A DNA stretch of 32,000 nt. It comes from an uncultured archaeon (GTDB lineage Archaea > Asgardarchaeota > Thorarchaeia > Thorarchaeales > Thorarchaeaceae). The notes beneath the pieces are model-generated. The model did no database searches. It was given only the letters and a program-made list of their open reading frames with translations, and had not been told where the DNA came from. Positions 25,636-32,000 of this stretch are shown here, piece by piece. The position numbers and the translations under genes were made by a program. The DNA lies in the NCBI GenBank assembly GCA_964354495.1, contig CAYHAA010000020.1, positions 12,762-44,761 of the forward strand, in the 5' to 3' direction. The number at the start of each line of letters is the position of its first letter. Position 1 is the stretch's first letter.

Positions 25636-26670
25636 ATGGGAACAAAGCTTGCTGACATTGTTGAGGCAGAACTCCTCACACTTGCGGACCTGTCTGGCAA
25701 GGAGATTGCTGTTGATGCCTTCAATACAATCTACTCTTTTCTTGCAACTATACGTCAACCTGATGGCACTCCTCTCACAGACAGAAAAGGACGTGTGACC
25801 AGTCATCTCAGCGGGCTCTTTTATCGTAATGTAAACCTGCTTGAGAATGGTATTAGTCCGGTCTATGTCTTTGATGGCGTGGCTCCAGAGCTGAAGGCTC
25901 CGGAAGTGCAACGCAGACGTGAAATCCGTGATGCTGCTTATGATGAGTGGAAACTGGCGAAGGAAGAGGGCAGGATCGAGGATGCCCGAAAGGCTGGGCA
26001 GGCAAGTTCGAAGCTCTCAGGTCCTATGATAGATGAAGCCAAAGAACTATTGGCAGTGCTTGGGATTCCTGTGATCCAGGCGCCATCCGAAGGTGAAGCC
26101 CTGGCCGCTCAGATGGCAAGAGCCGGCCTAGTATGGGCTAGTGCAAGTCAGGACAATGATTCCCTCCTGTACAACTGCCCACGTATGGTTCGCAATCTCT
26201 CCATCTCCGGGCGTCGTAGAGTGGCCCGGTCAAAGACCTACAAGAGCATTGATCCAGAGCTCATCCTTCTCGATAAGAATCTCAAGATACTCGGCATAAC
26301 CAGGGAACAGCTCATTGACATTGCCATTCTCGTCGGTACCGACTACAATGACAGTGTCAAAGGAGTCGGTCAGAAGACAGCTCTCAAGCTCATCAAGAAA
26401 CATGGAAGCCTCGAAGCTGTTGAGAGAGAGCGTGGCGAGAAGTTCGATTTTCCGTATACTGAGATACGGGAGATCTTCTTGAACCCACCAAAGATGGAAC
26501 TGCCCGCTCCCAAATGGACCAGCCCGCGACCTGATGAGGTCTTGAGAATTCTCTGTGCAGACCACGACTTCAGTGAGCCACGCGTGCAAAAGTCTCTGGA
26601 ACGACTGGAAGAGGCTCTCGGAGAAATCAAAGGCTCTACTCATCAGAGTTCTCTCTCCGACTTCTTCTGA
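25636..26670 (+). CDS. fen: Flap endonuclease 1
   Basis: MG..L, VDAFN..Y.FL..IRQPDG, FDG, APSEGEA, SQD.DSLL, GTDYN and C-terminal PIP box QSSLSDFF; start at ATG 25636. Confidence 0.97.
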   Translation: MGTKLADIVEAELLTLADLSGKEIAVDAFNTIYSFLATIRQPDGTPLTDRKGRVTSHLSGLFYRNVNLLENGISPVYVFDGVAPELKAPEVQRRREIRDAAYDEWKLAKEEGRIEDARKAGQASSKLSGPMIDEAKELLAVLGIPVIQAPSEGEALAAQMARAGLVWASASQDNDSLLYNCPRMVRNLSISGRRRVARSKTYKSIDPELILLDKNLKILGITREQLIDIAILVGTDYNDSVKGVGQKTALKLIKKHGSLEAVERERGEKFDFPYTEIREIFLNPPKMELPAPKWTSPRPDEVLRILCADHDFSEPRVQKSLERLEEALGEIKGSTHQSSLSDFF

Positions 26671-26767
26671 TGGACCAAGAAGAACAGCCATAAGCTACAA
26701 GAACTGAGGAGATTCAGTCTCCGTGACTCATAAATAGTGACTTACTCATCTAGTAATAGGCGACAAG

Positions 26768-27472
26768 GTGAATCACCCCATGCGAGAAAGAATTACCGCA
26801 GTCAGAGCCTCCATCTCAGACATTATCCAAGGTGAATTCAGTGAAGAGAATGGTTCCCATGTGATCTCTCCATTTGATGTCGAATTGAGAAGAGTGGTAC
26901 TAGTAGGGTTCGTGGTCGGCAAGTATCATAAGGATGCGGGCTCGGATGGGAAGCGGTTCGAGAGCATCACGCTTGATGATGGCAGTGAAACTATTAGTGT
27001 AAAAGTGTGGGGCGATGAAGATGCCTCATTGCTTGAGGGCGTCAAAGAGAATATCTTGGCTCTAGTCATTGGCAAGATTCGTAGGTATAATGACGAAGTC
27101 TATCTTGTCCCTGAGATAGTCAGAGAGTTGATGGATCCCAACTTCATGAGTCTTCACCTCATGCAGCGTTATCATGCTGTCCTCACGCGCAGTGGTGTGA
27201 CGATGCCGGTCACGGCCGAGGATGGCCAACAGCGTTTGACACCATCAAAGACAGGTGCGAAGGCTGCCTCACTCGTTGGTGTCACAAAACAGATTCTGAG
27301 TTATATTGAACTGAATGCGACCCCTGAGGGAGTTCACATGAAGGATATCGTGTCCTTCTTTGAAGGTAGAGGATACCAGTCAATGGACATCCAGATGAAG
27401 GTCTTTGACTTGGTGGCTGACGGACTCATCAGTGAGGTCGACCCTGCAAGATACGTCCCAGCCGAAATGTGA
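26768..27472 (+). CDS. OB-fold ssDNA-binding protein, RPA32/RPA2-like, with C-terminal winged helix
   Basis: RVVLVGFVV, ITLDDGSETI.VKVW, VIGKIR.Y..E.YL.PEIV OB fold; C-terminal L..GLISEVDP..Y wHTH-like segment. Start GTG 26768 or ATG 26780. Confidence 0.8.
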   Translation: MNHPMRERITAVRASISDIIQGEFSEENGSHVISPFDVELRRVVLVGFVVGKYHKDAGSDGKRFESITLDDGSETISVKVWGDEDASLLEGVKENILALVIGKIRRYNDEVYLVPEIVRELMDPNFMSLHLMQRYHAVLTRSGVTMPVTAEDGQQRLTPSKTGAKAASLVGVTKQILSYIELNATPEGVHMKDIVSFFEGRGYQSMDIQMKVFDLVADGLISEVDPARYVPAEM

Positions 27473-27528
27473 GTTTCAACGTCTTCCCGAGCAATACCTT
27501 CAATAGTACGGATTGAGGCAACTCAGGT

Positions 27529-27942
27529 ATGGACGATTACGACAAACTCCTGGAACGAGCGCGAACTCAGATTCCCGAGGATGCGTTCAAACGATCAGGC
27601 GAGAGGTTCAAGGTGCCCGCCGTGCAGCTGATGGTTCAGGGTAACCGAAGCATGTGGCAGAACTTCCAGGATGTCATCAGTGTCCTGAACAGATCCGGAA
27701 GGGAGGTCCTCAAGTTCATCTCGGGGCAACTTGGAACCGCAGGAAGTATCGAAGGAGGTACTGCCATCTTTAACGGCAAGTTCACTGCGGAAGCCGTGAA
27801 TGCTGTTCTTAACAACTATGTCCTGTCCTATGTAATCTGTCCTGTCTGTACTCGCCCTGACACTGAGATTGTAAAGGAAAAAATGGCATATTACCTCCAG
27901 TGTAGCGCATGTGGGGCTCGCACTGCGATTAGACCAGTCTAA
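27529..27942 (+). CDS. eif2b: Translation initiation factor 2 beta subunit
   Basis: Y..LL.RA, ERF.VP, NF..V...LNR, LGTAG, YVICPVC..PDT and C.ACGA Zn ribbon. Confidence 0.95.
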   Translation: MDDYDKLLERARTQIPEDAFKRSGERFKVPAVQLMVQGNRSMWQNFQDVISVLNRSGREVLKFISGQLGTAGSIEGGTAIFNGKFTAEAVNAVLNNYVLSYVICPVCTRPDTEIVKEKMAYYLQCSACGARTAIRPV

Positions 27943-28170
27943 GACATTAGCTCTATTCTCTTCACTTATCCGAAGGACATGTCTGCAATAACCGGGTTGC
28001 GGCCAGTTCTGGTACCCCTCGCCGCAGTTCAGAATAGATAAAAGTCCGTTACGGTTTCTGTCGAGGTGTTTCTGGGGCGGTGTTCGCAGGAGCTAGAGAG
28101 GCAGAGAGCCGACCTTGAGTCCCATGACATCTGTGTTTACTTGAGTACACGCATTGACACAGACATCGCT

Positions 28171-31083
28171 ATGCTCTTGGCCGCCCCAAGAGTGTTCCAA
28201 TTCAAGGAGGTCAGGAGAACGAACCGGTCATATTTCGCCGCGCTTGCGGCAGTGTTGTTGCTCTTCCCCATTTGTACGCTGGTACCATCAATCATCGCGG
28301 GAGCTGCTGTGTTGCCCCAAGAAGCCTTGCAGGGAGATGTGAACGCAGAGACTGGGGAGGCAGAACAAACAGAAGTCAAACTTGACATGCTGCACTTCAC
28401 ACCGTCAGCCTCAGTCGAGGATGGAATCTACTATGTGGCCCGCAGAGGCGCCGACCCCATTGCTTACTTCGGAAGGTCGGAGGTGTACTATGTTGTGGGC
28501 GACACGCTGATTAGGCTTGAGTTCCCAGGGAGTAAGACAGTCATTCCTGTTGCTGAGGAACTCGCTGCTTCTGTCACGAACTACATCTTCGGGAGTGACC
28601 CAAGTGGATGGAGGACTGGGCTGAGAGACTGCACAGTCCTCAGGTATGCAGACATCTACCCAGGAATAGACCTCGTGTACAGCTTCCTCGAGGAGAATCT
28701 GAAGTATGAGTTCGTCGTTGCCCCCCTCGCAGACCCGTTGCTGATCCACCTGCGGTACCCCGACGCCGACTGCGTCGATGTCTGCGACGAAGGCGTGACC
28801 TTGTCAAAGGGCGGCTACGTGGTCGCGGACACAGAACTCATGGCGTTCCAAGAGATCTCGGGAATCGCCACTGTCGAGTGTGCATTCGGTTCCGATGACC
28901 TGAGCACTATCTCGTTCTCTATCGGTCCATACGACAGTTCGCTTGAGCTAATAATTGACCCCATCATTTTGCTGTACGGTACCTACCTCGGGGGGTCGGA
29001 CTCTGAAGAAGGGCGTGCAGTCGCCGTGGAGAATGGCTTCGTGTACGTCACTGGGAGGACAGCGTCTTCGAACTTCCCATTGGTCAATGCGTACGACACT
29101 ACCTACAATGGGGGTGATTATGATTGCTTCGTGACTAAGATCGCCGCTGACGGACAGTCCCTCGTCTACAGCAGCTTCCTCGGAGGATCGACTGGATGGG
29201 AGGACTGCGGCTACGGAATCGCAGTGGAGGACGCTTTCGCCTACGTCACCGGCTACACAGATTCGTCTGACTTCCCAACTGTCAATGCATACGACCCAAC
29301 ACTTAACGGAACCGAATGTTTTGTGACCAAGTTCGCAACCGATGGCCAGTCCCTCGTGTACAGCACCTTTCTTGGAGGAACAGTCTCTGACTACGGAACC
29401 GCAATCGCCGTGGAGAACGGATATGCATATGTCACTGGTTCTACGAGTTCTCCTGACTTCCCGACCGTGAATGCGTATGATTCGACACACAACGGAAGCC
29501 ACGACTGTTTCGTGAGCAAGCTAGCAGCGAATGGTTCATCTCTAGTTTACAGCACGTTCCTTGGAGGAACAGGTCAGGATACGGCCAGCGGGGTCGCTGT
29601 GGAGAATGGCTTGGCGTACGTGACTGGGACGGCTCATTCTTCCGACTTCCCATTGGTGAATGCGTACGACTCGACCTACCATGGAACCGACTGCTTCGTG
29701 ACCAAGTTCGCACCTGATGGAAACTCGCTTGTGTATAGCACGTACCTCGGAAGTGCATACGGATCTGGGATTGCCGTGGAGAATGGACTCGCATATGTCA
29801 CGGGTGAGACCTATTCGGCCGATTTTCCCACTGCCAACGCTTACGACTCAATCTATAACGGCCTAGGTGATTGCTTTGTGACTAAGCTCGCAGCAAATGG
29901 CTCGTCTCTGGTATACAGCACCTTCCTCGGAGGGTCCAGCTATGATGGAGGGTATGGGATTGCCGTGGAGGACGGTCTCGCGTACGTTGCTGGCCGCACA
30001 ACATCATCAGACTTTCCGACACTCAATGCCTACGACCTGACTCTGGGGGCGTCAGACTGTATCGCGGCTGTGCTGGCAGGTGACGGCAAGTCCCTCATCT
30101 ACAGCAGCTTCCTCGGAGGGACAAATACTGACTACGGATTCGGGATTGCCGTGGAGGACGGACTTGCCTGCATCACTGGCTACACGAGGTCTTCTGATTT
30201 TCCCGCGCCAAATGCCTACGACTCCACACTTGGTGGAACAATGGATTGCTTTGTCGCTACCGTGCCGAATGACGTTGATACTGACATGGATGGTCTTGAG
30301 GATCGAGATGAAGCGCACTTGGGCACCAATCGACTGTGCATTGACTCTGACAACGACAACTTCCTCGACGGGTACGAGGTGGTCTATGGTTCGGACCCCT
30401 TGGACCCGCTGTCCTACCCCGGCATGCCACAGAGCTGGTACGATGCCATCTATCAGGACCTCGATGGCAACGCGACACTGATCCAGCAGGTCATATCATG
30501 GCTGGACGGGAACCACACAGCCATCGAAAGCCTGTTCACTTTTCTGGAGGGCAACGCCACACTTCTCATACAGACCGTGAACGCTGTTGACGGCAACAGC
30601 ACCCAACTTGACCTCCTTGCGGCGCTCGTCACTCAGGACATGGATGCACTCAGCAGCCTGAATGCCACACATGTCGGCGACATGGCTCAGATCCGAGCTG
30701 TTCTGGACATGCTCGGAGTGACCGTTGGAGACAGTGACTGTGATGGTCTTGACGACCTCGACGAGATAGCGCTCGGGACAAACATATTGTGCATCGATAC
30801 CGACTGCGACAACCTGAACGATGCCTACGAGGTCAAGATCGGTACTGACCCGACTGATGACGACAGCGACAACGACACCTACTACGATGGAGCCGAGGTA
30901 CTAGCAGGAACCGACCCCCTAGACTCGCTGGATTACCCTGGCAGCATCACAACGACCACCACTACCACTCAGCCACCCATGGGCATCGAACTCGTCATCA
31001 TTGCTGGAGCTGCGGGCAGTATCGGAATTGCTATGCTGTTGGTGATAATGAAGCGAAGGGCTGCCACAAAGTCGTCAGCCTAG
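28171..31083 (+). CDS. Large membrane-anchored surface protein: N-terminal domain, seven SBBP propeller blades, Ca-binding Asp-rich repeats, stalk, Thr linker, C-terminal TM
   Basis: Signal-like N-terminus; NYIFGSDPSGW...IYPGIDL.Y...LKYEFVV.P.ADP domain; seven YSxFLGG repeats; DxDxDGLxDxxE repeats; TTTTTTT; hydrophobic helix followed by KRR. Start uncertain (28066 to 28171). Confidence 0.88.
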   Translation: MLLAAPRVFQFKEVRRTNRSYFAALAAVLLLFPICTLVPSIIAGAAVLPQEALQGDVNAETGEAEQTEVKLDMLHFTPSASVEDGIYYVARRGADPIAYFGRSEVYYVVGDTLIRLEFPGSKTVIPVAEELAASVTNYIFGSDPSGWRTGLRDCTVLRYADIYPGIDLVYSFLEENLKYEFVVAPLADPLLIHLRYPDADCVDVCDEGVTLSKGGYVVADTELMAFQEISGIATVECAFGSDDLSTISFSIGPYDSSLELIIDPIILLYGTYLGGSDSEEGRAVAVENGFVYVTGRTASSNFPLVNAYDTTYNGGDYDCFVTKIAADGQSLVYSSFLGGSTGWEDCGYGIAVEDAFAYVTGYTDSSDFPTVNAYDPTLNGTECFVTKFATDGQSLVYSTFLGGTVSDYGTAIAVENGYAYVTGSTSSPDFPTVNAYDSTHNGSHDCFVSKLAANGSSLVYSTFLGGTGQDTASGVAVENGLAYVTGTAHSSDFPLVNAYDSTYHGTDCFVTKFAPDGNSLVYSTYLGSAYGSGIAVENGLAYVTGETYSADFPTANAYDSIYNGLGDCFVTKLAANGSSLVYSTFLGGSSYDGGYGIAVEDGLAYVAGRTTSSDFPTLNAYDLTLGASDCIAAVLAGDGKSLIYSSFLGGTNTDYGFGIAVEDGLACITGYTRSSDFPAPNAYDSTLGGTMDCFVATVPNDVDTDMDGLEDRDEAHLGTNRLCIDSDNDNFLDGYEVVYGSDPLDPLSYPGMPQSWYDAIYQDLDGNATLIQQVISWLDGNHTAIESLFTFLEGNATLLIQTVNAVDGNSTQLDLLAALVTQDMDALSSLNATHVGDMAQIRAVLDMLGVTVGDSDCDGLDDLDEIALGTNILCIDTDCDNLNDAYEVKIGTDPTDDDSDNDTYYDGAEVLAGTDPLDSLDYPGSITTTTTTTQPPMGIELVIIAGAAGSIGIAMLLVIMKRRAATKSSA
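28969..30267 (+). repeat. Seven tandem SBBP coding repeats (about 60-65 aa each)
   Basis: Consensus YS[TS]FLGG...[DE]xGxGIAVE[ND]GxAYVTGxTxSxDFPxxNAYDxTxxGxxDCFV[TS]KxAxDGxSL, counted seven times. Confidence 0.92.
30460..30627 (+). repeat. Four exact-period 42-bp (14-aa) repeats
   Basis: LDGNATLIQQVISW / LDGNHTAIESLFTF / LEGNATLLIQTVNA / VDGNSTQLDLLAAL starting at 30460, 30502, 30544 and 30586. Confidence 0.85.
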
Positions 31084-31568
31084 CCCAACTTGGGCAGGAA
31101 GGCAGCCCTTTGAGTGTGTGCGAGATCGACACTCCGGAGCTGATTATGCCCGAGAGTGAGGTCCCTCAGACGGGTACACGAGCTGATGGGACCCAAGTCA
31201 ATGCTCGTCAGGAGGTTGCCGTCGAGCCTTATGGACTGCAGGAGAGTGCAGGAGCTGAGCGGGGTCAGATCAACTCTCTGAAGGCTGTTACTCGATAGGC
31301 TGATCCTCTGAAGAACGGGACACGAGGCGAGAGAACCCAGGTCAATGTGTTCAATCTTATTGATACCAAGATCAATCTCCTCCATCTCGGAGCACATGCT
31401 CAGTTCAGATATATCGATGGTCACAATCTCTTGGTCAATTAGCCGAACATCTGTCCTTGTGAACGCCTTATGAGTACCGATAGTCATGATCTCATCTTTC
31501 TGCTTGATTATCCTGGGCCTGTCATTCCTCACCGTATACTCCAGCACTGGTTCCATGTTCCATACCAC
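31080..31568 (-). CDS. Leucine-rich repeat protein, probably 3'-truncated (possible pseudogene)
   Basis: Four 24-aa repeats IDLxxLxxCxxLxxIxLxxNxLxx (31119-31418); the fifth repeat breaks off after VDLA. Confidence 0.8.
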   Translation of the reverse strand: MVWNMEPVLEYTVRNDRPRIIKQKDEIMTIGTHKAFTRTDVRLIDQEIVTIDISELSMCSEMEEIDLGINKIEHIDLGSLASCPVLQRISLSSNSLQRVDLTPLSSCTLLQSIRLDGNLLTSIDLGPISSCTRLRDLTLGHNQLRSVDLAHTQRAAFLPKLG

Positions 31569-31858
31569 TCCATCGAGTATACATAATGCACTTCTTCCAC
31601 ATATATGACATCCTAGGATTTCTGATGACAGCGCACATGATCAGATCGCCTTGTCGGACACATCTTGTTTCAAAAGAACATTTGGCCCCCGAGTGCTGAT
31701 AGCAGACTGAAGATAGTACACTTGATGGTAGGTGGTCACAATATCGGGGAACAGTCCTTCAGACGCATCCAACTCGGCACGTTTTAATATCGAAAGAGAT
31801 GGTTGTGCTTCAGAGAGCAGCTTGGACCTGTTCATCCAAGCGCTACAAGGCGATAGTC

Positions 31859-32000
31859 ATGAAAGGGTATGTCACCGCTATTGAGAAGGAAACGAGAAAG
31901 AACACCGACTTCCGTCGGGTTCTGTACACAGGCAGGTACAGCCAACTTGTGCTCATGAGCCTCAAGCCTCTAGAGGAAATAGGTGAAGAAACGCACACTG
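31859..32000 (+). CDS. Cupin-domain protein (3'-truncated at window edge; not in the ORF track)
   Basis: Own translation from ATG 31859: MKGYVTAIEKETRKNTDFRRVLYTGRYSQLVLMSLKPLEEIGEETHT, the typical N-terminus of a widespread cupin family. Confidence 0.85.
   Translation, partial: MKGYVTAIEKETRKNTDFRRVLYTGRYSQLVLMSLKPLEEIGEETHT

Noticed and set aside
25483-25911. Long 201-aa version of the Zn-ribbon ORF
   Set aside because: It is antisense to fen; only the last 58 codons match the family, and they have a TTG start with a GGTGAT SD.
28969-30267. Recurrent nucleotide repeats that could suggest a CRISPR array or DGR template/variable pair
   Set aside because: The repeats are in-frame, about 190-bp degenerate coding units with synonymous variation, not identical short repeats with unique spacers or adenine-specific mismatches; no cas or reverse transcriptase gene is present.
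1736-31083. General amber (pyrrolysine) or opal (selenocysteine) recoding
   Set aside because: TAG and TGA end many genes at their expected C-termini, and no conserved domain is interrupted by an in-frame stop. The only ambiguous case (15830-15832) is listed as a finding.
31569-31858. Possible C/D-box sRNA (TGATGA near 31623 with later CTGA) and the 64-aa ORF 31641-31835
   Set aside because: Box spacing is too long, with no clear C'/D' pair or terminal stem; the ORF has no motif. Most likely a divergent promoter region.

Overview
Archaeal core-genome window, most likely from an Asgard archaeon of the Thorarchaeota type. This is an inference from the gene set, the IDLxPLxSC-type LRR protein and the SBBP surface protein; the window has no rRNA marker. 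About 29 CDSs are supported. In order: A/V-type ATP synthase A (5'-truncated) and B, separated by a family-4 UDG and a small membrane protein; DUF2095; a B12-type radical SAM gene downstream of archaeal glmU; two HTH regulators; Hef helicase/nuclease; a SAM methyltransferase; a PRC-barrel, deoC, aor, PUA/PAPS-reductase run; a putative glycan-tailoring trio (deacetylase, membrane-fused acyltransferase, GT-C-like protein); ribL, a small wHTH protein, cdc48, ef1b and a Zn-ribbon gene; fen, an RPA32-like gene and aIF2-beta; a large seven-bladed-propeller surface protein; a truncated LRR gene; and a 3'-truncated cupin. I saw no CRISPR array, intact tRNA/rRNA, transposase, integrase or intein. The most unusual observations are (i) DeoC with a CX2C-X21-CX2C C-terminal extension directly upstream of an aldehyde:ferredoxin oxidoreductase, (ii) an exact 14-residue repeat with one N-glycosylation sequon per unit forming a putative stalk in the surface protein, (iii) the split atpA/atpB arrangement enclosing a tandem VirB2/CedA-pilin-like protein, and (iv) the glycan-tailoring module. 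All functional proposals are hypotheses; no database searches were run.
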